DNA from: Candidatus Latescibacterota bacterium
GTDB taxonomy: Bacteria; Latescibacterota; UBA2968; GCA-2709665
Length of the DNA: 64,000 bases
NCBI GenBank assembly: GCA_963667175.2
Contig: CAXXXF010000015.1
Coordinates: 544,001 to 608,000, forward strand
Reading direction: 5' to 3'
Shown: positions 9,943 through 20,656 of the stretch, piece after piece
Numbering within the stretch: the stretch's first letter is position 1
Layout: each line of letters opens with the position of its first letter
Notes under the pieces: generated by a model
Database searches by the model: none
The model's input: only the letters and a program-made list of their open reading frames with translations
Told to the model about the DNA's origin: nothing
Program-made: the position numbers and the translations under genes

Positions 9943-10359
9943 GTGGAGACTTCTGCCAATCGAATGGAGCGCGAAGTGTTGGATTCGGAAGATTGGACGA
10001 TATTTCCATCGGAATTGTATTTGAGGAAGCAAAAGTGGTTTGAGAAGAAGGATAAAGATGTGATCGTAGCCCTGATGACGAATTGGGCGAGAGTTTTTGG
10101 TGCTTTAAACGATGGTGTACCGTTGGGGGAGGTACGCAAGCGGGGCAAGGTTCGTGGTGGTGGAGATCGAGGCCTGCTCGAAATTGATCAGAGAGGTCGA
10201 GGAAATCTGCCGGAAGCTCGTCTTTATGTGTATCCAGATAATGAGACCCGAACCTTGTATTTCATAACGATGGGATATAAGGACGCACAAGATACGGATC
10301 TCAAGGATTGCAAAAGGTATATTGACAAACTTGAGGCCCAGAACCAGAAGAGGAAATGA
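9943..10359 (+). CDS. Putative RelE/HigB-like toxin
   Basis: Basic ~130 aa protein with ARLYVYP...LYFITMGYKDAQDTDLK, immediately upstream of an XRE gene; lower GC than the flanks. Confidence 0.5.
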   Translation: METSANRMEREVLDSEDWTIFPSELYLRKQKWFEKKDKDVIVALMTNWARVFGALNDGVPLGEVRKRGKVRGGGDRGLLEIDQRGRGNLPEARLYVYPDNETRTLYFITMGYKDAQDTDLKDCKRYIDKLEAQNQKRK

Positions 10360-10368
10360 GGAGGCGCC

Positions 10369-11028
10369 ATGTCCAAGCGGTACAGCTCAGTAATGGAAAT
10401 GGTGAGGGACACGACAGAAGATCGTGAGCTTTGCGACGAGTTAGAGAAGGAGATCAGGGATCACGGCTGTGCGTTTTTCTTGCATTCTGTCAGGTGCAAA
10501 GCAAAAATGTCGCAGCGGGCTCTGGCCAAGAAGCTTGGCACTTCTGAGGAGCATATTGATGCTTTGGAGTCCAGTCGAAATTCAGAGTTGACTCTTGAAG
10601 ATGTTGCACGGTATGCTTCCGGACTTGGTCTCAAGTGTGGGATCTCCTTCGAAAGCGAAGATGCTACTTCTGTTGATATGGTTAAGTTTCACACGCTTCA
10701 AGTTTTCCATTATTTGAACCATCTGGCAACTCTTGTAGAAGACGATCACGCTATCAAGCAAGGCGTGGAGAACTTTTTCGAAGAGTATATGTACAACGCG
10801 ATTCTTCTATTTTTGAAGAGTCACAGAGATGTTCAGGGCATTGCTCGCAGTGACGATGAATTGGAGCAGATAACCAGGACCGCTCAAAAAACTGTGATGA
10901 AATTGTCGAAAAACAAAAGAAAAAAGGCGCCGGAACTTGCGATGGTTCTCTATGGTGGAGGGCCGATGGTGAAAATCCCGGCGGCACTATCTTCTGCAAC
11001 CGAACCGGCGACGGCGGGGTCGGGGTAA
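10369..11028 (+). CDS. XRE-family HTH protein (putative antitoxin) with C-terminal extension
   Basis: HTH motif VRCKAKMSQRALAKKLGTSEEHIDALES; strong RBS GAGGAGG. Confidence 0.7.
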   Translation: MSKRYSSVMEMVRDTTEDRELCDELEKEIRDHGCAFFLHSVRCKAKMSQRALAKKLGTSEEHIDALESSRNSELTLEDVARYASGLGLKCGISFESEDATSVDMVKFHTLQVFHYLNHLATLVEDDHAIKQGVENFFEEYMYNAILLFLKSHRDVQGIARSDDELEQITRTAQKTVMKLSKNKRKKAPELAMVLYGGGPMVKIPAALSSATEPATAGSG

Positions 11029-11228
11029 AGGCGCGCCGTGAAGAAAGTCCAGGCGTGTTCCTGGGCTTTTTTATCAAGAACAGGCGTACCATGATACCCT
11101 CAAACGGTCTGTCAAGTTAAGTATATTAGCCCCAACCCAATCCTCACAAGACGTCATCAGGACACACCGCGACTCGCCGTCGTCTTCACCTTATGAAAAT
11201 GGTAGGCGTTTTCTACGGGTTCACCTGA

Positions 11229-11500
11229 AACCTCGACTTCTCAGAATAGGGCGACGCCTTCCCCAATCGACACCTCGGCGCCGAAACCCTCGACCGCCTC
11301 AGACACGGCGCCTATCGCGTCATCCTCGACGGCGACAGCTATCGCTCCCCAAAACCCTTACCACAATCACCCAAAAAACACCTTGGAAAGGAGACTCAAA
11401 AACACTAATTACATGCCCCTTCCGAAACCCCCAAAATCGTCACTTCCAGGTGGCTCCATTATGCCGATCATGGGTGGCCTCATTGGGGCGATCCGTGACA
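11229..11500 (+). mobile_element. istB: IS21-family remnant: istB 3' end and right end
   Basis: Translates NLDFSE*GDAFPNRHLGAETLDRLRHGAYRVILDGDSYR (IstB C-terminus, TGG changed to TAG), followed by two GGTGGC.CCATT/CATT subterminal repeats ending in TGACA at 11500. Confidence 0.8.
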
Positions 11501-11525
11501 GTTACTCCACCGAAAGGAGTTAAGA

Positions 11526-11699
11526 ATGGATCGAGAAATAATCACCTATACGATTGCGGGCGAGCCGGCGAAGGTTGAGTTTGTTGATGACCCTTCAAAG
11601 CCGGGCTGGGACGACATCCCAGCCCTTGAATGGGAAGGATACGAAAGTCCTGTGGTGGAAAAGCCAGGACAACAATCGACGAAAACAAACTCGTCATAA
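11526..11699 (+). CDS. Small acidic hypothetical protein (57 aa; absent from the ORF track)
   Basis: GAAAGGAG RBS 6 nt upstream of the ATG; translates MDREIITYTIAGEPAKVEFVDDPSKPGWDDIPALEWEGYESPVVEKPGQQSTKTNSS. Confidence 0.5.
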   Translation: MDREIITYTIAGEPAKVEFVDDPSKPGWDDIPALEWEGYESPVVEKPGQQSTKTNSS

Positions 11700-11886
11700 G
11701 CATTTTCATTCTCACTTACAGAAGTTCAGTAAATGCAACCACTTAGCGGCGACTGTTTTCCAATCACGTCAAAGGCCCCGGCTACCACGGGGTCTTGTTG
11801 TCTTGCGGGCGTCGTCCTTATATAGAACGTAATACGTACGACACCTCTACAATTGACAGGCAACAGCCGCTGTTTCAAGAAACGAG

Positions 11887-11921
11887 AAAAAAACCCGCGC
11901 CATGTCGGTAGCGGGTTTTTT
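11887..11921. terminator. Bidirectional intrinsic terminator-like hairpin
   Basis: AAAAAAACCCGC-N-GCGGGTTTTTT. Confidence 0.6.
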
Positions 11922-12011
11922 GATTCACCAGGCGGCCAGTGAAAGCAAGTCCTGGCGACCTGTCTCAGGTGGTCGATACAATCAAGCGATTTCTCAAACG
12001 GACATTTGAAA

Positions 12012-12202
12012 GGGTGGAGCAGACATTCCTGTCTGCTCACATCAAACCCAAACCTCACAAGACGTAATCGGGGCACACCTCGACTCGCCTTCCTCTTCAC
12101 CATAGGAAAATGGAAGGCGTTTTGTACGGGTTCACCTGAACCGGGCAGACAAGAATGTCCGCCTGCCTGCCGCGCTCCGCTTGGCGCAGGCAGGCCCCAC
12201 CT
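12012..12202. repeat. REP doublet (REPIN-like): inverted pair of GGGTGGRGCRGACATTCYTGTCTGC, carrying a 33-bp mini-insertion
   Basis: Left REP at 12012-12038, inverted REP at 12143-12202; the same REP recurs at 46652, 52764, 53180, 56015, 58780, 59210, 59922 and 63887. Confidence 0.75.
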
Positions 12203-13453
12203 TCAGACACGCTGATTCATATGCCGGATGATCTCTGTTACGCTACACTCGGGCGCAGTTACGTCAAACGGAACACAGGCCAGCGACAACGCTTTGTCAA
12301 ATTTGAATTCTTCGGTCTTGTCGAACTCCTTCGTCTTCGGATAGACCAGCGCGACCTTTTCGCATTCGTATTTCTTTCCATAAGCGAACATCTGATACAT
12401 ATCGGCCTGGTGAATGTCGTGTTTCAGGTCGCCGTCTTCCGCGTTGATGCGCTTCCATTTCGTGTCGAGGATTAACCGCACGCCGTCGTGACTCGTAAGG
12501 CAGATATCCGGCTTCATACAGAAGACCTTCCTGTCGTCAATATACGCTAAAGGTTCTGACGGTCCTTGCTGTCTCACCTTGAATTGGCGCTGGTGCCGCC
12601 GGAATGACGCCGCTACGAAGTCCTCAAATATCTCCCACATCGGAAAAAGCAACGTCTGGTTGACGTGTCTACCGGAGAACGTGGTCAGGCCGTGATTGAA
12701 GAGAAACAGGCCGACCCACTGCATCACCGCGTCGTAATGTTGAATCGTACGATCCAGACGATGCCGGTCCCAGTCGCTCTGGTGGTTCGTGGAGAGCGGA
12801 ATGTCGGAAAAGCTGACCCGTAACTGGTGGAGCAACTGCTGGTTTCTCGGTTGCCGTGCGTTCCCGGTCAGTTCTTTAATCGTGCTATGGATCAATCGAT
12901 TGGCGGGTCGGTTTGCGCTGAACACGTCATAGCCTGCGTAGAAACGTGCACGGTTAGCCATGTTCTCACGAATGTGTTGGGGAAACTGAATGCGCCCTCG
13001 AAGGCAGGGCAGGTTCTCCTCCACCGGTTGATATTGGCGGGCAAGACCGCGCTGCGTGAGCATCACGAGGTTGTTCAAGAACAGGTGGGCGAACACCTCC
13101 AGCATATTGAAGCGTCGCACGGCGTTGATCTGGCTCTCGTTGAACTGGGCAGCCGATTTGAAACCGCGCCAGGTGCGCAGCATATTGAAAAACACCCGTT
13201 TTGTTTCTTCGATCTCCGCGCCTTCGACGAAATCCACCTTAGGGAGGATTTCCAGTACCGTTCCCTTGCGGGTTTCGATAATCCCGACGTAGTTTCCGGC
13301 AAATAGCCTTCCGTTCCTCACTGTCAGTACCGGTCGGTAGTTGTTCAGCTCATCTGCTTGATTCTCAATGGCGAAATCCTTCAGGCCTTTCAGTTCTTCA
13401 TCGCTGAGACCGGTCAGTTCTTCGTGTTCTCTGACTATCTTGGTGTCGGGCAT
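12203..13453 (-). CDS. mcrC: McrC-family restriction nuclease subunit
   Basis: Motifs NYVGII..LEILPK, LFPMWEIFEDFV, PD-(D/E)xK MKPDI...ILDTKWK and DMYQMFAYG. Confidence 0.92.
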   Translation of the reverse strand: MPDTKIVREHEELTGLSDEELKGLKDFAIENQADELNNYRPVLTVRNGRLFAGNYVGIIETRKGTVLEILPKVDFVEGAEIEETKRVFFNMLRTWRGFKSAAQFNESQINAVRRFNMLEVFAHLFLNNLVMLTQRGLARQYQPVEENLPCLRGRIQFPQHIRENMANRARFYAGYDVFSANRPANRLIHSTIKELTGNARQPRNQQLLHQLRVSFSDIPLSTNHQSDWDRHRLDRTIQHYDAVMQWVGLFLFNHGLTTFSGRHVNQTLLFPMWEIFEDFVAASFRRHQRQFKVRQQGPSEPLAYIDDRKVFCMKPDICLTSHDGVRLILDTKWKRINAEDGDLKHDIHQADMYQMFAYGKKYECEKVALVYPKTKEFDKTEEFKFDKALSLACVPFDVTAPECSVTEIIRHMNQRV

Positions 13454-13455
13454 AT

Positions 13456-15651
13456 TTAAACGTCCTCTTTACTCTCGCCGACATCTGCTTGTACGCTATT
13501 CTTGTAGATCTTGAGATAACTTTCGGGGGCCTCCCACTTGCCGTTATTGAATGGCAATAACTCATAAATCTTTTTCTGTTCATCAACAAACTCGCTCAAG
13601 TCTTCTGGGCAATCCTTTTGTAACTCCCCTGAGATATCTTCAACAAAGGGGTTATGGTTTAGCACCATTTTGATTTTCTTCCAGTCGTCGTAGAAGTATT
13701 CCTGTAGTAACGGGACAATCTTGTTTTTAAAGGCTTTAGCAAGGTCGCCCATTTTCTCGACATTCATGAAGTACGTATGACCGATCTGATGGTCCCGATC
13801 GAGAAGGATACGGATGCGTTTGTTCATAACCTTAAGTAATTCCTGGCAATTCACACCTTCGATATCGTCAGAAACCAGCGTTGGATCGGGCATCATCTCG
13901 ACGAAGTTAAACCGTCGCCGCAATGCCGTATCCAATAGGGCGATGGACCGATCAGCGGTATTCATTGTGCCGATGATGTACAGGTTGTCCGGTACTCCGA
14001 ATTCCTCCTTAGAATACGGGAGCGTGACGGTCGCCGGATCATTGCCGCCAGTACGTTTGGAGTCTTCAATCAGGGTAATCAACTCGCCGAAAATCTTCGC
14101 GATATTGCCGCGGTTGATTTCATCGATGATCAGGACGTACTTCCGCTTACTGTCAGTCCTGGCACTTTCTGCGATTCTCCGGAAGACACCTAGCGATAGC
14201 ACATAGTCAAGATTCCCATCCTCATCAGCGTTTTTGCGAAGGACCGGCCTGATGCCCTCGATAAAGTCCTCGTAGTTATAGCTCTGATGAAACGTTACCA
14301 TCTCGAACTGGCCGCTCTCTTTCAACTCATTAAATCGGCGCATCTTGTCTTCACGCTCTTCCTTGCTTTCCGTTTCGAACTGGTCCACAGGCTTGTTGTC
14401 AATAATCGCCAGCGCATAGTCAACCGTGTTCCACGTCTTGCCCGTTCCGGGGGGTCCGTAAAGGATCTGATTCAAGGGAGGTAGGTGTTTCTTAGGCTCT
14501 GTTCCCGATTCCATGGCATCCTCATCGTCTCCGGACTCATCCTCTGTATGTTCTCCGTTCAATTTCCCCATTAATTCAATCGAAGGCTTGTACTCATCGG
14601 CCCGAACGAAAAGCGAAAGAATTCCCCTTTCGGTCGTCCTGCTAAAGCCAGGTTGTTGTTTCACGTTACCCTTGGGTAGTTTGCATTCCGACTTGTTTAT
14701 CCACAACACATGAATTCTGCCCTTCTCTGTCCATTTGCCATCCCCATGATAATCGTTCTTGTAGACGACACCAATCGCCCGCGCCATTTGTATTCCCGTT
14801 CTAACCAGGACAATGTTCCCCGGGGTGGGTTCAGTCAGATGAGGATACTGGCCCCAGCCCGTAAACACCCAGTTATTTTCCTTAAAACTATCATCACGTT
14901 CTTCCCAATAATCATCGCTGTCAGGATCATTTACGAAAGTGCTGATTTGATAGAATCTATCGCTCACTTTAATTTTCTCGGATCTGTGCAGATACAAGAA
15001 CATATTGATTTCATAGGGCTTGCACCCAGGAAAACCACTGTTCAGCTTCTGAATAAAAGTGTTGTATTCCTTAAAGCCGCCGGGTCCATTGATCTCACGC
15101 TGCAATTCTGAGGGCCGTCTCAGATCCAGTGCCTCCGACAGCTCATCGGTTAAACTGTCCACGGGTTGGAAGTATTCAGGGTTTATCAAAAACAATGTCT
15201 GGGTCAATCTCGTTACTCCAACTCCGCTCAACTTTAACGCGTTTTCGAAATCAGTTGGATCGATCGTCGGTTCATCCTTTACGGCGTCACTAAACAACCG
15301 CCAAAGTAATTCATGACCTGAGTCACTCCTTTCATAAAAGATGTTAAACCGGGACTGGGGAGTGGGAAAGATGTAGTAATCGTAAACTTCCGTATCTGGA
15401 AGCGGCCTTTCTATTCCAAATTCACGGCTTACACTCTCGTACACGGTTTTCAGTTGGCTCGTACCAGCCTTCGAAGCCAAGAAATAAAAGAACGAAAAAG
15501 GATCGATGCCCTGATCTCCGTACCTTAACAGAGGCGGGTTTTCGCCCCACTCGATCTTCTTGGCTCTGTCGATCAGATACCCCTTACCGCCTTCCGAGAT
15601 GTTTTCTGCCAACTCTCGAAACCACAGTACCCAGTCGTAAATCTCTTTCAT
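13456..15651 (-). CDS. mcrB: McrB-family AAA+ GTPase (type IV restriction)
   Basis: Motifs [50 protein letters not shown]; adjacent to mcrC. Confidence 0.93.
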   Translation of the reverse strand: MKEIYDWVLWFRELAENISEGGKGYLIDRAKKIEWGENPPLLRYGDQGIDPFSFFYFLASKAGTSQLKTVYESVSREFGIERPLPDTEVYDYYIFPTPQSRFNIFYERSDSGHELLWRLFSDAVKDEPTIDPTDFENALKLSGVGVTRLTQTLFLINPEYFQPVDSLTDELSEALDLRRPSELQREINGPGGFKEYNTFIQKLNSGFPGCKPYEINMFLYLHRSEKIKVSDRFYQISTFVNDPDSDDYWEERDDSFKENNWVFTGWGQYPHLTEPTPGNIVLVRTGIQMARAIGVVYKNDYHGDGKWTEKGRIHVLWINKSECKLPKGNVKQQPGFSRTTERGILSLFVRADEYKPSIELMGKLNGEHTEDESGDDEDAMESGTEPKKHLPPLNQILYGPPGTGKTWNTVDYALAIIDNKPVDQFETESKEEREDKMRRFNELKESGQFEMVTFHQSYNYEDFIEGIRPVLRKNADEDGNLDYVLSLGVFRRIAESARTDSKRKYVLIIDEINRGNIAKIFGELITLIEDSKRTGGNDPATVTLPYSKEEFGVPDNLYIIGTMNTADRSIALLDTALRRRFNFVEMMPDPTLVSDDIEGVNCQELLKVMNKRIRILLDRDHQIGHTYFMNVEKMGDLAKAFKNKIVPLLQEYFYDDWKKIKMVLNHNPFVEDISGELQKDCPEDLSEFVDEQKKIYELLPFNNGKWEAPESYLKIYKNSVQADVGESKEDV

Positions 15652-15809
15652 CTTGGTATGTCCTTCCCCTCGGAGGATTGGAACGGATAAACGATTAAGA
15701 CAGGATGCCGGCGTTACTCTATCCGCGGGCTACTTGCCAGTGGACCGAGAAGACAACCCTTCTAAGTGATCTGTAAGGTGCTGATCGCCGACGGCTGAGT
15801 GCTGAGAGC

Positions 15810-16430
15810 TTATATCAACCCCTTTCCCGTCGCGATGGCGACGGCTTCGGTGCGGTTCCCGGCGTCGAGTCTGGCCAGAATCTCGCTGACGTGGAACTTG
15901 ACGGTGCGTTCGGAGACGTAGAGTTGATCGGCGATTTCTTTGTTCAAAAGACCCGTTGCAACCAGTTTCAGCACTTCCTTCTGACGCGGCGTCAACGCAT
16001 CGGGGTTGTTGACGCTCTCCAGCAATTTGGAAGCAACCAGGGGTTCGAGCAGCGACCCGCCTTCGTGTACCACACGAACGGCGCGAAACAGCTCCTCTCT
16101 GGGCGAGCCCTTCAGCAGATAGCCTCTTGCGCCGGCCTTCATCGCGGAAACAATGCGCTCGTCCGTGTCAAAGACCGTAAATACAATCGTCCGTGCCCGG
16201 ACCTTGCATTCCTTCAATCGTCGAAGGGTCTCGATTCCATCCACGCCGGGCATCTCCAGGTCAAGCAACAGCACGTCCGGGTCACATCCGGCAATCTTCC
16301 GCATCGCCTCTTCCCCGTCGCCGGCTTCTCCGACGACCTCGAAATCGCTCTGCGTACCCAGCATCGCCGCCAGGCCGTCGCGCACAACCGGATGATCGTC
16401 GACAATCAGAATGCGAATCGGGGCGGTCAT
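15810..16430 (-). CDS. NarL/LuxR-family response regulator
   Basis: REC domain (VDDHPVVR, LLDLEMP) plus HTH LTPRQKEVL...NKEIA..L.VSERTVKFH. Confidence 0.95.
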   Translation of the reverse strand: MTAPIRILIVDDHPVVRDGLAAMLGTQSDFEVVGEAGDGEEAMRKIAGCDPDVLLLDLEMPGVDGIETLRRLKECKVRARTIVFTVFDTDERIVSAMKAGARGYLLKGSPREELFRAVRVVHEGGSLLEPLVASKLLESVNNPDALTPRQKEVLKLVATGLLNKEIADQLYVSERTVKFHVSEILARLDAGNRTEAVAIATGKGLI

Positions 16431-17587
16431 TTCTTGCTCCGCGAAGGAATGCGAATTCTCAATCGCGTACCCTTTCCCTGCGAACTCTCGATTTCCAGTG
16501 AGCCCCCCAGCAAACGCGCCCGCTCGCGCATCCCGACCAGCCCATGTCGACCAGGGGGCACGTTTGAAGGGTCGAATCCGCAGCCGTCGTCCTCGACGAT
16601 CAGGGAAACGTAATCGGGCGTTGACGTCAGTTCGACAGACACGACACTTGCGTTCGCATGCGCCGTGACGTTGTTCATCGCTTCCTGTGCGATGCGATAC
16701 AGGCCGGTTTCAACGCTCGCGGACAGAGGATATCCGCCGACGCAATTTACCCGGACGTCCAGACCTGCCCCGGATCCGATCTCCGTCACCAGGGCTTCCA
16801 GCGCTCCGGTCAGCGAGCGTTCCTCGAGCGGGGCGGCGCGGAGATCCTGAACGGCGCGGCGCGCATCCTCGAGATTGCCGCGAGCCATCGCGATTGCGTC
16901 GCGCACGATATCCGACAGCTTTTCTCGGCCCGTATCGTCCTCAAGCAGCGCATCCAGCGTCTCCAGCCGCATGAGAATCGCCGCGAGATTCTGGCCGAGC
17001 GTGTCGTGTATCTCTCGCGCAAGCCGGATTCGCTCATCCACCGCGCCGGTTTCCACGCTCTGTTCGTAGAAACGCGCCCGTTCAATCGCGATGCTCGTCA
17101 GATCGCCGATGGTATTGAGCAGTCGCAGGTCTTCGGCCGAGAGTTCTCGCCACGCGGCGCTGGCCACGTTCAACACGCCTACCTTCTTTCGTTTCGCGTA
17201 CAGCGGTATGCTCGCGTGATACTTCAAGCCCTCCGAGCCTTCGACAAGCCCTTTCAGCCTGCTGCATGCCACGACGTTCACGTTCGCGGCGCCCTTCAAA
17301 TCACCTTTCCGATAGGTGTCCAGGCAATAGCACCATCCGCCCATCTTGACCGGGTTGTCGCGCAACGCGGGCGGAAGGTTTTGCGCAGCGGCCAGATACG
17401 GCTCACCGGTCTCTTCGCTGAGGAGCCATATCCAGCTTGTCCTCAGGTCGAGCAATGCGGCTACTTTTCGAAGTGCCGCTTCTAGCGCCTGATCGAGACC
17501 CACGGACTGGTTCAATTCGTGGGCAATCTCGTTCAGAACCGTGAGTTCGCGATTGCGTCGTTTGAGTTGGTCGTTTGGCGTCGGCAT
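16427..17587 (-). CDS. Cytoplasmic GAF-domain HisKA_3 sensor histidine kinase
   Basis: GAF domain, ERIRLAREIHDTLGQ, QEAMNN..HA, DDGCGF, GLVGMRERA; no transmembrane segment. Confidence 0.93.
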   Translation of the reverse strand: MPTPNDQLKRRNRELTVLNEIAHELNQSVGLDQALEAALRKVAALLDLRTSWIWLLSEETGEPYLAAAQNLPPALRDNPVKMGGWCYCLDTYRKGDLKGAANVNVVACSRLKGLVEGSEGLKYHASIPLYAKRKKVGVLNVASAAWRELSAEDLRLLNTIGDLTSIAIERARFYEQSVETGAVDERIRLAREIHDTLGQNLAAILMRLETLDALLEDDTGREKLSDIVRDAIAMARGNLEDARRAVQDLRAAPLEERSLTGALEALVTEIGSGAGLDVRVNCVGGYPLSASVETGLYRIAQEAMNNVTAHANASVVSVELTSTPDYVSLIVEDDGCGFDPSNVPPGRHGLVGMRERARLLGGSLEIESSQGKGTRLRIRIPSRSKK

Positions 17588-17648
17588 GGCGTTCGTCGCT
17601 GGTATCCTGTTGTTTTCGCATCTTACGACCTGCCAATATATCTCCGGT

Positions 17649-18755
17649 TCAAGGCAAAATCAAATGCAGATCGCCAAACTCGTGCCACAGATACCCTTCA
17701 TTGAGCGCCGCTTCATACGTCAATTGAAGATGCTTCAACCCCGCCAATGCCTGCAGCATGGCGAGATGTGATGCCCGGGGCTCATGGAATCCGGTCAACA
17801 GTCCGTCTACAATCCGCATGGGTCGTTGCGGAGAGATGACAAGCGACGTCCACCCTTCGCCGTGCGAAACCTTTCCGGCGCGGTCGGCGACGGTCTCCAG
17901 CGCGCGGACCACCGTGGTGCCGACGGCGATGATCCGTCCGTCATTTTCGCGCGCGAGGTTGATTGCCCGCGCCGATTCGCCCGGAACGCGGTAATACTCC
18001 TCGAAAGGCGGTTCGTCGGCTTCCAGACTTGCCACGCCGGTGTGCAGGATCAGCGGCGCGACCTGAATGCCCTTTGCGACCAGCTTTGTGATGACCTCGG
18101 GCGTGAACGCGCGGCCTGCCGATGGCATCTCAGCGCTTCCTGCTTCGGTTGCATAGACGTTCTGGTAAACCTCAATGGGCCAGTTCTCTCGAACGTATCC
18201 ATACCGGATTGGCGCGCCGTAGACGTCCATGTACGTATCCACGTCGTAGGGCAACGCCAGCGTAGCTATCCATAGACGAACATCGGCGCCCGGACCGTCC
18301 CGCAACTCAGGCCTGTAGGGCGCGTGCAGATGCGCCGATCCGCCACCGGGCAACGCGAAGACCTCACCGGGTCGTGCGTGAAGGAACGGACGTGTCCCAT
18401 CCGATGAGCGCATTTCAACCATCCACATTTCGGCCGGCAGACGCGTTGACAGATGCAGCCTCAGTTCAGAACCATCGGCCCGGATGGCCGGCAGTGACGC
18501 TTTCCGGGTTCCACTTGTATTGATCGCCAAAATGTCTCCGGGGCGAAGCACGTCGGGAAGATCGCGAAATCCGACGTGTTCAATCGAATCGTCACTTATT
18601 CGCGACACCATCAGCCGGACCTCGTCCCGACCGAGGCCGCGCGCTTCCGGCGGTTCTCCTGCCTCGAGGCTCGATGGCAGATCAAAGGAAAGAGTATCAA
18701 GGTTTGTGTCAGGATTCGTGACAGGCGATACCAGATCCGGCATCGAATTGGACAT
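17649..18755 (-). CDS. QueA-like (SAM:tRNA ribosyltransferase-isomerase family) divergent paralogue
   Basis: QueA-fold motifs YQNVYA, AVGTTVVRALET, GFHEP, but with SAEMPSAGRAF and YLWHEFGD in place of canonical AVAAPTAGLHF and YRFFSYGD. Confidence 0.85.
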   Translation of the reverse strand: MSNSMPDLVSPVTNPDTNLDTLSFDLPSSLEAGEPPEARGLGRDEVRLMVSRISDDSIEHVGFRDLPDVLRPGDILAINTSGTRKASLPAIRADGSELRLHLSTRLPAEMWMVEMRSSDGTRPFLHARPGEVFALPGGGSAHLHAPYRPELRDGPGADVRLWIATLALPYDVDTYMDVYGAPIRYGYVRENWPIEVYQNVYATEAGSAEMPSAGRAFTPEVITKLVAKGIQVAPLILHTGVASLEADEPPFEEYYRVPGESARAINLARENDGRIIAVGTTVVRALETVADRAGKVSHGEGWTSLVISPQRPMRIVDGLLTGFHEPRASHLAMLQALAGLKHLQLTYEAALNEGYLWHEFGDLHLILP

Positions 18756-18774
18756 AATCCACCCCCTGCGAAAA

Positions 18775-19479
18775 TCAGCTATCGGTCACGCTGAAAGATT
18801 CACGTGCGGCGTAACGACCGCTGTCATAATCGCCTTCCAGCAATTCAAGAAAACCAGGGACACTGGCCTCCGGCAATGGCCTGTCTTCGATGTCTTCACC
18901 AGGAAACGCGTCCTGGTGCATCTGCGTCCGCATATCGCCCGGATCCACCCAGTAGACCCGCCAGTCCGGACGTTCCGCGGCCAACACGTTCGAAAGCTGT
19001 TCGACCGCCGCCTTGGATGAACCGTACCCGCCCCAGCCCTCATACGCCTCCCTCGCGGCGTCGCTGGTCACGTTGATCACACGTGCGCCGAGCTTCAATG
19101 CCACCTGTACCGCCTGCAGAACCCCGAGCGGCGCCACAACATTAGCGCGATACACGTCTTCCAGGATATCGAGCGGATAATCCAGCAATCCCGTCTGGGG
19201 ACTCGGACCCAGCATGCCGGCGTTGTTGATCACCGCATCCAACCCTCCCGCCTCAATTGCGGCTTGTGCCAGCTTCAAGCGGTCTTCGGCGCGTGTCACG
19301 TCTCCGGGAACAGCGATGACGTCCGTCCGCTTTGCCAATCCCTCACGCGCGGCTTCCAGCGCCACCGCGTCTCTGCCGTTGATGACCAGGCCCCATCCTC
19401 TCCGTGCGAGTGCTCGCGAGAGAGCAAGGCCCAGACCCCGGGATGCGCCTGTTATAAGTGCAGTTCGTATTGACATCAT
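18775..19479 (-). CDS. Short-chain dehydrogenase/reductase
   Basis: Motifs TGASRGLG, NNAG, YGSSK; GGAGG RBS. Confidence 0.93.
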   Translation of the reverse strand: MMSIRTALITGASRGLGLALSRALARRGWGLVINGRDAVALEAAREGLAKRTDVIAVPGDVTRAEDRLKLAQAAIEAGGLDAVINNAGMLGPSPQTGLLDYPLDILEDVYRANVVAPLGVLQAVQVALKLGARVINVTSDAAREAYEGWGGYGSSKAAVEQLSNVLAAERPDWRVYWVDPGDMRTQMHQDAFPGEDIEDRPLPEASVPGFLELLEGDYDSGRYAARESFSVTDS

Positions 19480-19548
19480 CAGCCTCCTCTCGAATTATTA
19501 CCAAGAGCAGTAAATAGTGGACAGTGGCCAGTGGTCAGGAAGAGCAGT

Positions 19549-20309
<761 letters not shown>

Positions 20310-20464
20310 TATCAGCTTTCATTTATTTTCAGGAGCAGCAAATAGTCGACATCCGGATCCAACCAAAGAAGAGTGGGAGGATGTAAACAATACGGTGCTC
20401 CCCGTAATAGACCGCCGAATGTGATGAAACACCGCTGTCTTGTCGTGGTAGAAATGTATTTAAA

Positions 20465-20493
20465 TAAAAAGCCCTCCGCATCGAACGGAGGGC
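20465..20493 (-). terminator. Intrinsic terminator
   Basis: Minus strand GCCCTCCG-7nt-CGGAGGGC-TTTTT, downstream of the heparinase gene. Confidence 0.65.
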
Positions 20494-20656
20494 CTGTTTG
20501 AATCCTGTACTTTCGTGCAGGGAAAACCTGCCTACATGATCAGGGTATCGCGCATAACCAGGGCTACCCGGTGTTGTTCGTCAGCAAACGTGAACCGTTT
20601 GAGAAGTGTGCTGGTGAGGGTGTGCATCGCCCTGTTGTCGCGATGTGTTTCGCACC

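Noticed and set aside
17649-18755. Labelling the gene as canonical queA
   Set aside because: Key motifs diverge and the context lacks tgt; kept as QueA-like.
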